Positions 1 to 9,504 of a stretch of 64,000 bases of DNA are shown piece after piece. The number at the start of each line of letters is the position of its first letter. The first letter of the stretch is position 1. The notes below the pieces were generated by a model. The model saw nothing but the letters and a program-made list of their open reading frames with translations, was not told where the DNA came from and ran no database searches. Both the position numbers and the translations under genes were made by a program. Origin of the DNA: an uncultured Novosphingobium sp. (GTDB lineage: Bacteria; Pseudomonadota; Alphaproteobacteria; Sphingomonadales; Sphingomonadaceae); assembly GCA_964468165.1 (NCBI GenBank), contig CAYXUN010000002.1:29446-93445 (forward strand), in the 5' to 3' direction.

Positions 1-405
1 CCCGAACGGCGCGCGGCCGGCTATGTGTTTCAGGACCTGCGCCTGTTTCCGCACCTGAGCGTGGCGGACAACCTGCTGTTCGGCTGGCGCCAGGCCGCGC
101 CCGAGCGACGCACCCTGGCGCTTGATGACGTGGTCGGTTTTCTTGACATCGCGCCCTTGCTGGGGCGGCGGCCGCACACGCTGTCAGGCGGAGAGGCGCA
201 GCGCGTGGCGATCGGCCGGGCGCTGCTGTCGGGCCCACGCTTTCTCTTGATGGACGAGCCGCTGACCGCGCTCGATCCGGCGCGGCGCGAGGGCGTGATC
301 GCCCTGATCGCCCGCATCCGCGATGCCTTTGCCCTGCCGGTCCTGCTGGTGTCGCACCAGCAGGACGAGGTGGCGCGGCTGGCCGATGCCGTGGTGGAAA
401 TCTAG
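1..405 (+). CDS. modC: ABC transporter ATP-binding protein, ModC-like (5' partial)
   Basis: Frame open from position 1 (PERRAAGYVFQD..LFPHLSV), LSGGEAQR signature, LLMDEP Walker B, VSH switch. Confidence 0.75.
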   Translation, partial: PERRAAGYVFQDLRLFPHLSVADNLLFGWRQAAPERRTLALDDVVGFLDIAPLLGRRPHTLSGGEAQRVAIGRALLSGPRFLLMDEPLTALDPARREGVIALIARIRDAFALPVLLVSHQQDEVARLADAVVEI

Positions 406-468
406 AGCATTTTCAAGGCAGGTGGAATCACCTGCCGACTCGGAAAATGCGGCAAATCAAAAAGCTAG
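402..468. repeat. CTAG-bounded palindromic MITE/REP-like element
   Basis: CTAG at 402-405 and 465-468; nested stems GCATTTTC(407-414)/GAAAATGC(443-450) and GGCAGGTG(417-424)/CACCTGCC(429-436). Confidence 0.7.
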
Positions 469-2429
469 ATTTCCAGCTGGCTGCCCAGTTCGATCACGCG
501 GTTGGTGGGCAGGCGGAAGAACTGCATCGGGCTTTCCGAATTGCGCACCATCCAGGCAAACAGCTTTTCCCGCCAGATCGCCATGCCCGGCCGCTTGGAC
601 GCGATCAGCGTCTGCCGCGCCAGGAAATAGCTGGTTTCCATCGGCTTGAACGGACCGGCCGCCCGCGTTTCGGCGGCGAGTTCGGCGGGAATATCCGCCT
701 CGTCCATGAAACCGGTGCGGATGATCATGCGGTAGAAGCCATGGCCCATGTCTTCCACCTCGCGCCGCTTGTGATCGGGCACGTGCGGCACGCCGGCAGT
801 CATGACCGTCAGAACCACGACGCGTTCGTGCAGGATGTGGTTGTGCTTCAAGTTGTGCAGCAGCGCGGGCGGAATGCCTTCGACGGTAGAGGCCATGAAC
901 ACCGCCGTGCCCTTGACCCGGCGCACGCGTTCGCACACCGAACCCAGGAACAGTTCGAACGGCATGGCATCTTCGGCCAGGCGCTCGCGCACGATGCGCC
1001 GGCCGGTGGCCCAGGTGGTGAGCGCGGTGAAGGTGATCGCCGCGACCAGCAGCGGGAACCAGCCGCCATCGGGGATCTTGGTGGCGTTCGATGCGAAATA
1101 GGCACCATCGATCACCAGGAACGTGCCGGTAACGATGCCGGCCACCAGCGGATGCCATTTCCACACGGCAAACGTCAGCACGCCCAGCATGCAGGCGGTG
1201 ATGAACATCGTGCCGGTCACCGCGATGCCATAGGCCGAAGCCAGGTTGCTCGACGTGCGGAACGCCAGCACCAGCAGGATGACCATGGCCAGCAAGACCC
1301 AGTTGACGAACGGCACATAGACCTGGCCGGCCGCGCTGGCGCTCGTATGCAGGATGCGGATTCGCGGCAGGAAGCCCAGCTGCACCGCCTGCTGCGAGAC
1401 CGAAAACGCGCCCGAGATCACCGCCTGGCTGGCGATCACCGTGGCGAGCGTTGCCAGGATGACCAGCGGCAGGCGCGCCCAATCCGGCGCCATCAGGAAG
1501 AACGGATTTTCCACCAGGGCCGGGTTGCGCAGCAGCAGCGCCGATTGCCCGGCATAGTTGATGAGCAGGCACGGAAACGCCACCCACAGCCACGCCACCA
1601 TGATCGCGCGGCGGCCGAAATGGCCCATATCGGCATAGAGCGCCTCTGCCCCGGTCACCGCCAGCACGACAGAGCCCAGCGCCAGGAACGCCAGCAGCGG
1701 ATCGAGCGTGAAGAACTTGAGGGCATACCAGGGATTGGCTGCCAGCAGGATTTCCGGCGCGCGGGCAATGCCGTTCAGGCCAAGCACGGCGATGACCAGG
1801 AAATAGACCAGCATCACCGGGCCAAACAGCTTGCCCACTGCCGCCGTCCCGCGCGACTGGATGGCAAACAGGCCGATGAGGATCGCGATCGAGATCGGCA
1901 GCACCACTTCGGCAAAGGCCGGGTGCACCACGGTCAATCCTTCCACCGCCGAAAGCACCGACACCGCCGGCGTAATGATCGCGTCACCATAGAACAGCGC
2001 CGTCGCCACGATGCCCAGCACCACGGTGAACGCGGTCCAGCGCCCGGGCTTGAGCTGGCGCCCGATCAGCGCCAGCAGCGCCAGGCTGCCGCCTTCGCCC
2101 TTGTTGTCGGCCCGCAGGATCACGAAGACATACTTGACCGTGACGATCAGCGTCATCGTCCAGAACATCAGCGAGAGCACGCCGAAGATATGATCGGCGT
2201 CCACCGCCAGGCGGTGATGGCCGATGAAGCTTTCCTTCAGCGAATAGAGCGGCGAGGTGCCGATATCGCCAAACACCACGCCGATCGCGCCCACGGCGAG
2301 CGGCACAAGGCCCTGCGCCTCGTGGCCCTCATGGTGATCGGCTCCGGCGGTGTCAGGGGCGGGGGAAGCGTCAGCAGCGGCAGCGGCAAGCGCGGATTCG
2401 GGCGCGGCCGGATAGGACATGGCGGTCAT
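465..2429 (-). CDS. kup: Potassium uptake transporter Kup (KUP/HAK/KT)
   Basis: GVVFGDIGTSPLY, GEGGSLAL, GDAIITPAVSVLSAVEG, GAEALYADMGHFG motifs; about 12 TM segments. Confidence 0.96.
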   Translation of the reverse strand: MTAMSYPAAPESALAAAAADASPAPDTAGADHHEGHEAQGLVPLAVGAIGVVFGDIGTSPLYSLKESFIGHHRLAVDADHIFGVLSLMFWTMTLIVTVKYVFVILRADNKGEGGSLALLALIGRQLKPGRWTAFTVVLGIVATALFYGDAIITPAVSVLSAVEGLTVVHPAFAEVVLPISIAILIGLFAIQSRGTAAVGKLFGPVMLVYFLVIAVLGLNGIARAPEILLAANPWYALKFFTLDPLLAFLALGSVVLAVTGAEALYADMGHFGRRAIMVAWLWVAFPCLLINYAGQSALLLRNPALVENPFFLMAPDWARLPLVILATLATVIASQAVISGAFSVSQQAVQLGFLPRIRILHTSASAAGQVYVPFVNWVLLAMVILLVLAFRTSSNLASAYGIAVTGTMFITACMLGVLTFAVWKWHPLVAGIVTGTFLVIDGAYFASNATKIPDGGWFPLLVAAITFTALTTWATGRRIVRERLAEDAMPFELFLGSVCERVRRVKGTAVFMASTVEGIPPALLHNLKHNHILHERVVVLTVMTAGVPHVPDHKRREVEDMGHGFYRMIIRTGFMDEADIPAELAAETRAAGPFKPMETSYFLARQTLIASKRPGMAIWREKLFAWMVRNSESPMQFFRLPTNRVIELGSQLEI

Positions 2430-2470
2430 GTCCGGGCCGCTACGCCCGGCAATATCCCGATGCGACGAAA

Positions 2471-2488
2471 TTTATGCATTCTTTACGC
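2471..2488. promoter_or_regulatory. Putative KdpE-binding site
   Basis: TTTATGCATTCTTTACGC: TTTA direct repeats 11 bp apart, resembling the E. coli KdpE box TTTATACTTTTTTTACAC; lies between divergent kup and kdpD. Confidence 0.55.
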
Positions 2489-2578
2489 GACCGCCCGCCA
2501 ATCTCGTCGCGCCGGCATGACACGGTGCGACAGCCTTGGCTCTCGACAGAGGGGGCCCTGCTGCGGCATCCCCATGGC

Positions 2579-4123
2579 ATGACACTGGCCCTTGCCCATC
2601 GTATCGCACCTGCGCCCGGCGCCGACGGGGATGGTGGGCTTATTGCCGGCCTGCTGGCCACTGCGGCGCTGATCGGCTTGGCCAGCCTGGTCGGCATGAC
2701 GCTGCTGGCGCGGGGGGACGTGGCCGATATCGGCCTGCTCTATCTGGTGCCGGTGATGTTTGCCGCGATCCGCCTTGGCCTGCGCCCGGGGCTTGCGGCG
2801 GGGCTGCTGTCGTCGCTGTGTTATAATTATTTCTTTATTCCGCCGCGTTTCACGCTGGCGGTGGCCGATCCTTCGCACCTCATCACCCTGGTCATCCTGC
2901 TGGGCGTGGCGCTGGTGGGCAGCCACATGGCCGCGCGCCTGCGTCACCAGGCCTCGCTGGCGCAGGCACAGGCAGGGCGCGACGCGCTGTTGGCCGGGTT
3001 TGCCGGGCGCTTGATGGGTGTGACGCGGCGCGATGCGCTATGGGCCTTGCTGGCCGGGGAAGTGGCGCGCCAGTTTGGCCTGCGCGTGGTGGTGGCGGCA
3101 GCCGATGCCCAGGGCATCGCCACGCTGGTCGCCGCACATCCCGCGCACGATCGGCTCGACCTGCTCGAGGCGGCCGCCGCGCAATGGTGCCTCGACAGCG
3201 GGCGCTCGGCCGGGCCGGGCGGACAAGTGCCGACCGCATCGGAATGGTTGTTCCTGCCGGTGCCGGGCAGCCAGGGGCCGCTGGCCGTGGTCGGGGTGGG
3301 CAATCCCGATGGCGATCTGCCGCTGCACGGCGGGCAGACCCCGCTGCTGGAAAGCCTCCTGGCCCAGGCGGGCCTTGCTCTCGCACGGATTGCCCTCGAA
3401 GAGGAAAAGCTGGCGCTGGGCCGCGTGCAAGAGCGCGAGCGGCTGCGCAGCGCCCTGCTGTCGTCGATCGGGCATGATCTGCGCACCCCGCTCACCACCG
3501 TGCTGGGAACACTGCGCGCCCTGCGCCCGCTGACGCCAGAGCAGGCGGCCGCCTTGGCCAGCGCCCGTGGCGAGGCCGAGCGGCTGGATCGTTTCGTTGC
3601 CAACCTGATCGAGATGGTGCGCCTGGAAATCGGCGCCTTGCAGCGCGAGCCAGAGCCGGTTGACCTGGCCGAGGCGTGCGACGCCGCGCTTGACCACCTT
3701 GCGCCGGGCGGCCTGGTCGGCCCGCTGGAGTTGGTCGTGCCCCAAGACCTGCCGCTGGTGCTGGCCGATCCGCGCCTGCTGCACCATTGCCTGATCAATC
3801 TGATCGACAATGCCGTGCGCCATGGCGGCCATGGCGGCATTCGGATAGAGGCGCTGGCCGATCCGCAGGGCGGGGTGGAACTGGCGGTGTGCGATCGCGG
3901 GCCAGGCCTGCCGCCGGGCGAAGAGGAGCGCATTTTCGGCATGTTCACGCGGCTTGAAGGATCAGACCGGCAAGGCGGTACCGGGCTGGGCCTTGCCATC
4001 GTCAAGGGTTTTGCCGAGGCGATGGGCCTTGCCGTGACAGCCGCCAACCGCGCTGGCGGCGGTGCGCGCTTTGCCCTGCATGTGCCGCCCGCGCTGGTTC
4101 GCCCCGTGGCCGTTCCGGCATGA
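2579..4123 (+). CDS. kdpD: KdpD-like sensor histidine kinase (4-TM DUF4118, GAF, HisKA, HATPase); lacks N-terminal KdpD/Usp domains
   Basis: YNYFFIPPRFTL TM motif, ERLRSALLSSIGHDLRTPL H-box, NLIDNA, DRGPG, GTGLGL; start codon uncertain. Confidence 0.85.
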   Translation: MTLALAHRIAPAPGADGDGGLIAGLLATAALIGLASLVGMTLLARGDVADIGLLYLVPVMFAAIRLGLRPGLAAGLLSSLCYNYFFIPPRFTLAVADPSHLITLVILLGVALVGSHMAARLRHQASLAQAQAGRDALLAGFAGRLMGVTRRDALWALLAGEVARQFGLRVVVAAADAQGIATLVAAHPAHDRLDLLEAAAAQWCLDSGRSAGPGGQVPTASEWLFLPVPGSQGPLAVVGVGNPDGDLPLHGGQTPLLESLLAQAGLALARIALEEEKLALGRVQERERLRSALLSSIGHDLRTPLTTVLGTLRALRPLTPEQAAALASARGEAERLDRFVANLIEMVRLEIGALQREPEPVDLAEACDAALDHLAPGGLVGPLELVVPQDLPLVLADPRLLHHCLINLIDNAVRHGGHGGIRIEALADPQGGVELAVCDRGPGLPPGEEERIFGMFTRLEGSDRQGGTGLGLAIVKGFAEAMGLAVTAANRAGGGARFALHVPPALVRPVAVPA

Positions 4124-4839
4124 GCGGCGCGGCAGAACAGGCCGGCCCCGGCGTGCTGGTGGTGGACGATGATCCGGCGATCCGCGCGCTGTTGCGCCAG
4201 ACCCTGGCCCAGGCCGGCTATGGCGTGAGCGAGGCCGCCACGGCGACCCAGGCACTGGCCCAGCGCGCCGCGCAGGCGCCCGACCTCGCGCTGCTCGATC
4301 TGGGGCTGCCCGATCGCGATGGCCTGGAAATCCTGCCGCAACTGGTGGCAGCGGGCCTTGCCGTGGTGGTGCTCTCTGCGCGCGATGCCACCGCGGAAAA
4401 GGTGGCTGCGCTCGATCTGGGCGCCAGCGATTATGTCACCAAGCCGTTCGATCCCGAAGAGATCCTGGCGCGCGTGCGCACCGCGCTGCGCCATCGTGCG
4501 CGGCTGGCTGGGGTGCCGGGCGGGCAGGCGGTCTTGCGCTTTGCCGATGTGGAGATCGACCTTGCCGCGCGGCAGGTGCGCAAGGCCGGTGCCGAGGTAC
4601 ACCTTGCCCCCAAGGAGTATGCGTTCCTGGCCGAACTGGCGGGCAATGCCGGCCGCGTGGTGACGCATGCCCAGCTTTTGCGCACGATCTGGGGGCCGGG
4701 GCACGAGACCGACGTGGAATATCTGCGCGTGGCGGCGCGTGGCATCCGGCGCAAGCTGGAAAGCGATCGCCCGCCCGGCCAATCCGCGCTGCGCAACGAA
4801 CCCGGCATTGGCTATCGCCTTGACCTGGCGCGCGGCTAA
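4120..4839 (+). CDS. kdpE: OmpR-family response regulator, KdpE-like
   Basis: VVDDD, LLDLGLPDRDG, KVAALDLGASDYVTKPF, wHTH YLRV..IRRKLE..NEPGIGY; ATGA overlap with kinase. Confidence 0.9.
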   Translation: MSGAAEQAGPGVLVVDDDPAIRALLRQTLAQAGYGVSEAATATQALAQRAAQAPDLALLDLGLPDRDGLEILPQLVAAGLAVVVLSARDATAEKVAALDLGASDYVTKPFDPEEILARVRTALRHRARLAGVPGGQAVLRFADVEIDLAARQVRKAGAEVHLAPKEYAFLAELAGNAGRVVTHAQLLRTIWGPGHETDVEYLRVAARGIRRKLESDRPPGQSALRNEPGIGYRLDLARG

Positions 4840-4882
4840 CCCGAGCCTGCACTGCCCCCACGCAGGTTTACGTGGTTGCGGC

Positions 4883-4909
4883 TTAAACGCCATTTGAGCA
4901 GGCCGATGA
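4883..4909 (+). promoter_or_regulatory. Putative sigma28 (FliA) promoter of the chemoreceptor
   Basis: TTAA-N15-GCCGATGA vs consensus TAAA-N15-GCCGATAA, about 50 nt upstream of the MCP start. Confidence 0.55.
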
Positions 4910-4957
4910 TAGCGCCTGTCCCGGTCAATTCTGCCATCAGCACCGGGGAAAGATTGC

Positions 4958-6481
4958 ATGTTCAAAAGGCGCGTTGTCGTTCCACTCGAAACCCGTTTCG
5001 CGCAGGCGGTGTTCGAGCAGGCGGCCGATGGCTTCCTGCTGATGCAGAATGGCCGGTTTACCCTGTGCAACGCGGCGGCAGAGCGCGTCTATCAGCGCCC
5101 GCGGCATGAGATCATCGGCGCTTCGCCCGACATGCTGGCCGCGCCCTGCCAGATGGATGGCCGCCCCACAAGCGAGCATGTGCCGGAACGGATCGCCGAG
5201 GCGCAGCGCAATGGCTTTGCCCGCTTCGAATGGCTCAACCTCGATGGCAAGGGGCAACCGTTGCGCATGCTGGTGACGCTGACGCCAATGATGATCGATG
5301 GCGGCGATGCCCTGATGATCCAGGTGCAGAGCCAGGCGGAAACCTCGGCCGTGGTCGATGCCCTGCGTGAAGGGCTGGAGAAATTGGCCGGTGGCGATCT
5401 CGATTGCCAGCTGACCCGCGCGTTCCGCCACGATTACGAATGCCTGCGCACCGCGTTCAATGCGACGGTCGACGCCATGGCCGGCGCCATGCGCTCGGTC
5501 GGCGTGATTGCCGAACAGGTGGCCAATGGCTCGGCCGAAATCCTCGCCGGGTCCGAAGATCTTTCCACCCGCACCGAACAGCAGGCCGCTGCCGTGGAGG
5601 AGGCTGCCGCCGCGCTGCGCCAGATCAACGAAAGCGTGCAGAAATCGGTGCAGGAGGCGGGCAATGCCAGCACCATGGTGCAGACCACGCTGGATGAGGC
5701 TCGCCAATCGGGCGACGTGGTGGGGCGCGCGATTGAGGCCATGGCGACGATCGAGAAATCCTCCCAGGAAATTGCCGAGATCGTGGGCGTGATCGATGCC
5801 ATCGCGTTCCAGACCAATCTGCTGGCGCTCAATGCCGGGGTCGAGGCGGCGCGCGCGGGCGATGCGGGCAAGGGCTTTGCCGTGGTGGCGAGCGAGGTGC
5901 GCGCCCTGGCGCAGCGGGCGGGCGATGCCGCGCGCGATATCCGCGCCCGCATCGGCAGCTCGACCGAACAGGTTTCCAACGGCGTTGGGCTGGTTACCGC
6001 CACGGGAGACGCGCTGGAACGGATTGCGGCCAGCGTCGGCGAAATCAACGAGGTGATGCAGCGGATCACCGGCACGTCGAGCAACCAGGCCACGACCCTG
6101 GGTCAGATCAACGCCACTGTGCGCGATGTCGATGCGATCACCCAGCAGAACGCCGCCATGGCCGAGCAAGCCACCGCCACTGCCCGCAACCTGGCCGACC
6201 AGGCCAATGTGATGGCCCGCGAACTGGCCAAGTTCCGCTTTGCCGGCAACCAGGCGATGGCCCGCGCCACGCCCGCGCCGCGCCCGACTGCTCCACTGCG
6301 ACCGGCGCCGGTGCAATCGGCGGCTACGGACGCAAAACCCCGGCTGGTGCCGGCTGTGGCGCCAGTGGCATCAGCGCCGCCAGCGCCAGTCCCGGCACCC
6401 GCCCCGCGGCCGCGAGCAGCGGCTGCCCCGCGCAGTTCCGGCAATGCGGCCGTGGCCGAGGACGACTGGTCCGAATTTTGA
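4958..6481 (+). CDS. Soluble PAS-domain methyl-accepting chemotaxis protein
   Basis: N-terminal PAS, HAMP-like segment, [32 protein letters not shown] hairpin, Pro/Ala linker, C-terminal DWSEF pentapeptide; no TM. Confidence 0.93.
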   Translation: MFKRRVVVPLETRFAQAVFEQAADGFLLMQNGRFTLCNAAAERVYQRPRHEIIGASPDMLAAPCQMDGRPTSEHVPERIAEAQRNGFARFEWLNLDGKGQPLRMLVTLTPMMIDGGDALMIQVQSQAETSAVVDALREGLEKLAGGDLDCQLTRAFRHDYECLRTAFNATVDAMAGAMRSVGVIAEQVANGSAEILAGSEDLSTRTEQQAAAVEEAAAALRQINESVQKSVQEAGNASTMVQTTLDEARQSGDVVGRAIEAMATIEKSSQEIAEIVGVIDAIAFQTNLLALNAGVEAARAGDAGKGFAVVASEVRALAQRAGDAARDIRARIGSSTEQVSNGVGLVTATGDALERIAASVGEINEVMQRITGTSSNQATTLGQINATVRDVDAITQQNAAMAEQATATARNLADQANVMARELAKFRFAGNQAMARATPAPRPTAPLRPAPVQSAATDAKPRLVPAVAPVASAPPAPVPAPAPRPRAAAAPRSSGNAAVAEDDWSEF

Positions 6482-6509
6482 GTGGCTTGAACGCCAGCAG
6501 CGGCGTCCT

Positions 6510-8138
6510 TCAGTCTTCGCCACGCGACAGTTCTGCCGCCGGCGTCAGCGTGCGCGCGGCCGGATCACGCATCGGGCGCAGGGGTGCGCTGCCCTCTACC
6601 AGGCCATCGAGCGCGCGGACGGCATCGGTCACGAGCGGGACATCGGCCTTGCCCGCCACGCGCCAGGCATCGCCCTGCGCATCACGGCGCGGGGCATCGG
6701 GCAGGAGCCACGCCGCGTCGAGCGCGCCCAGTGCCGCCAGCACCTGCACCTTGGCGAGATAGGCGCCGGCCACTCCATCGTTGTAGGCGCTGCGCGCCTG
6801 GAGCAGTTCGCGGGCGAGTTGCAGCACGTCGAGCGTGGTGAACATGCCCGCCCGCTCTTGCAGCACGGCGCCATCATAGGCCTTTTGTGCTGAGGCCACG
6901 GCCTTGGCGTGGGTGTCGATCGCGGTGGTCTGGGCCTGCCAATCATTCCATGCGCCGGCAAGGGCCGCGCGATTCTCGCGCAGGGTGGCATCCATCAGGC
7001 GCCAATCGGCATCATTGGCGGCTTGCGCGGCGTGCACGCGCGCGGCGCGCTCACCACTGTCAAACAGGGGGCCTGACAGCGTGACCACGCCTTTGATCTC
7101 GGTCTGGCGCAGGGTATCGGAATAGTTGGAAAAGCCGGCGGAGTAGGGCAGCAGCGCCCCCGTCCCCTGGAAATCGACGCGCGGGCGGCGCTCAGCCTGG
7201 GCCGCTTCCACGCTAGCGCGCGAGGCGCGCTCGCGTTCCTGCGCGGCATGGATCAGCGGGTTATGCGTTTCGGCATAGGCATAGGCTTCTTCCAGATCGG
7301 CCACCGGCAGTTGCAGTGGCGGTGGCGGCGCCAGGTCGCCCGGCCGCGTGCCGACCATGCGCAGGAAGGCAGCCTCGGCGGTGCCGGCGTCACGCTGCGC
7401 GGCGAGCAGTTGCACGCGGCCCAGTTCCACCCTGGTTTCCACCTGCTGGATATCGGTGGCCGTCACCTCGTGCGCGGCCAGGCGCGCGCGGTTGTCGGTC
7501 AATTCGCGGGTCAGCGCGGCCAGGTTGTCGGCGGCAATGGCCACCGCCGTGCGGGTCCGCCGCAGGCCGACAAAGGCATCCGCGGCGTCGAGCAGGGCCT
7601 GCTGCTCGGCCGATTGCAGCACTGCCTGCTGATAGGCGGCCTGGGCGCGGGCGCCCCGTTCGTTGGCAAACGACCGGCCAAAGCTGAACAAGGGTTGAGT
7701 CAACACGGCCGTGGCGGTGGAGGTCCAGCCGCTGCGGCCCAGAAACACGCCCTTGGCAATTTCGAACCGGTCGCGGGTCCAGCCATACGTCAGCGCATAG
7801 TCCAGCTTGGGGCCATAGGCGGCGCGGGCCTGTGCCACGCCCCATGCGCTGCTTTGCGTGCTGCTGCGCTGGGCGAGCAGGGCCGGTGATGTCCAATAGG
7901 CATAGCGCAGGGCATCGGTCAGCGTGGAGACCGGCCGGCCCGACAGCGCGCCTTCGGCGATGTCTGCCGGGGTGTCGGGCGGCAGGCCGGCGCTGCGGTC
8001 GATGTCGGCCGCATCCTGCGCCTGGGCGGCGGGCACGGGCAGGGCCAGCACTGCCGTGGCGCAGGCGATCGGCAGAGTTAGCCGCAGGCATGATCGGCGC
8101 ACGAAAACGGGGCGCAGATGGCGCAAGGCAAGGCGCAT
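6510..8138 (-). CDS. TolC-family outer membrane protein (type I secretion)
   Basis: Signal peptide, two OMF repeats (LTQPLFSFGR; LSGPLFDSG..AGMFTTLDVL); last gene of the ABC-MFP-OMF operon. Confidence 0.85.
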   Translation of the reverse strand: MRLALRHLRPVFVRRSCLRLTLPIACATAVLALPVPAAQAQDAADIDRSAGLPPDTPADIAEGALSGRPVSTLTDALRYAYWTSPALLAQRSSTQSSAWGVAQARAAYGPKLDYALTYGWTRDRFEIAKGVFLGRSGWTSTATAVLTQPLFSFGRSFANERGARAQAAYQQAVLQSAEQQALLDAADAFVGLRRTRTAVAIAADNLAALTRELTDNRARLAAHEVTATDIQQVETRVELGRVQLLAAQRDAGTAEAAFLRMVGTRPGDLAPPPPLQLPVADLEEAYAYAETHNPLIHAAQERERASRASVEAAQAERRPRVDFQGTGALLPYSAGFSNYSDTLRQTEIKGVVTLSGPLFDSGERAARVHAAQAANDADWRLMDATLRENRAALAGAWNDWQAQTTAIDTHAKAVASAQKAYDGAVLQERAGMFTTLDVLQLARELLQARSAYNDGVAGAYLAKVQVLAALGALDAAWLLPDAPRRDAQGDAWRVAGKADVPLVTDAVRALDGLVEGSAPLRPMRDPAARTLTPAAELSRGED

Positions 8139-8151
8139 GGCGAAATTCCCC

Positions 8152-9504
8152 TCAGTTGTCGCGGAATGCGCGCATGAACTGGTCACGCAGCGGCTTGGTG
8201 ACGTAGGACAGCAGCGATCGGTTGCCGGTCTCGATATAGGTTTCGGCGGGCATCCCGCTGCGCAGCGCCAGTCCCTCGCGCGCCACGGCGGCCTGGTCCA
8301 CCGCGATGCGCACGGTGTAATAGGCCTGGCGCGTTTCCTGGTTGTCTGTCCGATCGGTGGCGACATAGATCACCCGGCCAGGAATTTCCGGAGTTGCCGC
8401 GCGGTTGAACGCGGAAAACCGCACCCGCGCCGCCTGGCCCACGCGCACCTGGTCGATATCGGTGGGGCTGACCGAGGCTTCGACGACCATGACATCGTGA
8501 TCGGGCACGATTTCCATGATCGGCTCGGCTGGCCGCACCACATCGCCGATTGCGGCAAAGGCGATCTTTTCGATCGTGCCGGAATAGGGCGCGCGTATCT
8601 CGCTGCGGTCCTTCTGGTCCGCTGCGCTGACCTTGCGCAACTGTTGTTGGTTGAGCGCGGTATTGACCTGCGCCAGATCGGTGCCGGCCTGGACGCGGCG
8701 GGTCTGCACCGTCTGGATCGATTGCTCCTGCGCCTCGGTAATGCGGGCGCGGGTCTGGGCGATCTGCGCCTGCAACTGCGCCACTTGCCCGTCGATATCC
8801 ACCGCCGTGCGTTCCAGCTGGTTAAGCCGGTTGATCGTGACCAACTGCTTGTCCCACAGGTCGCGCACGCCCTGCCGTTCCGGCTCGATCAGGTGGCGTT
8901 GCTGGCGCAGGGCATCGATCTGGGCCTGAAGCCCGGTGATCTGCTGGTTGTATTGCGCCACGCGCGCGGCAAGCTGGGCGCGCAGCTGGCCTTCCTCGGT
9001 CTGGCGCATGGCGAACAGGTGCTGCTCGTCGGCCATGGCCTTGGCCGCGCTGGGGTTGCCAGCTCGCACGAGGTCGGCCGGGAAGACGACCTGGCCGAGG
9101 CCCAGCCTCTCTGCCTCCAGCCTGGCTTTCTGCGCCAGCAGCTGTTCCACGGTGAGGTTGGAATAGGTGGCATCGGCACCGGTTACCCGGTCATCCAGCC
9201 GCATCAGCAGTTCGCCCTGGCGCACGTGCTGGCCGTTGATCACCGCGATCGTGGTGATCACGCCGCCGGTCGGATGGGCAATCCGCTTTACCCGGCTTTC
9301 CACGCCCACCTGGCCGCCGCCGATCACTGCGCCACCGATCGGCACGATCGCGGCCAGGGCAAACAGCAAGGCCATCAGCCCGGCCAAGGCAAATATCAGC
9401 CGCACCAGCAGGCGCGGGGCATGGGGGCGCGGCGCGCTAGGCTGGTCGATCCACAGTGCCGGCAGCAGTTGCCTGACGGCTTCGGGAGAAAGCGGGGCGT
9501 TCAT
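8152..9504 (-). CDS. HlyD-family type I secretion membrane fusion protein
   Basis: Single TM, IAHPTGGVI, long coiled coil, IRAPYSGTI, LRSGMPAETYIETGNRSLLSY. Confidence 0.93.
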   Translation of the reverse strand: MNAPLSPEAVRQLLPALWIDQPSAPRPHAPRLLVRLIFALAGLMALLFALAAIVPIGGAVIGGGQVGVESRVKRIAHPTGGVITTIAVINGQHVRQGELLMRLDDRVTGADATYSNLTVEQLLAQKARLEAERLGLGQVVFPADLVRAGNPSAAKAMADEQHLFAMRQTEEGQLRAQLAARVAQYNQQITGLQAQIDALRQQRHLIEPERQGVRDLWDKQLVTINRLNQLERTAVDIDGQVAQLQAQIAQTRARITEAQEQSIQTVQTRRVQAGTDLAQVNTALNQQQLRKVSAADQKDRSEIRAPYSGTIEKIAFAAIGDVVRPAEPIMEIVPDHDVMVVEASVSPTDIDQVRVGQAARVRFSAFNRAATPEIPGRVIYVATDRTDNQETRQAYYTVRIAVDQAAVAREGLALRSGMPAETYIETGNRSLLSYVTKPLRDQFMRAFRDN

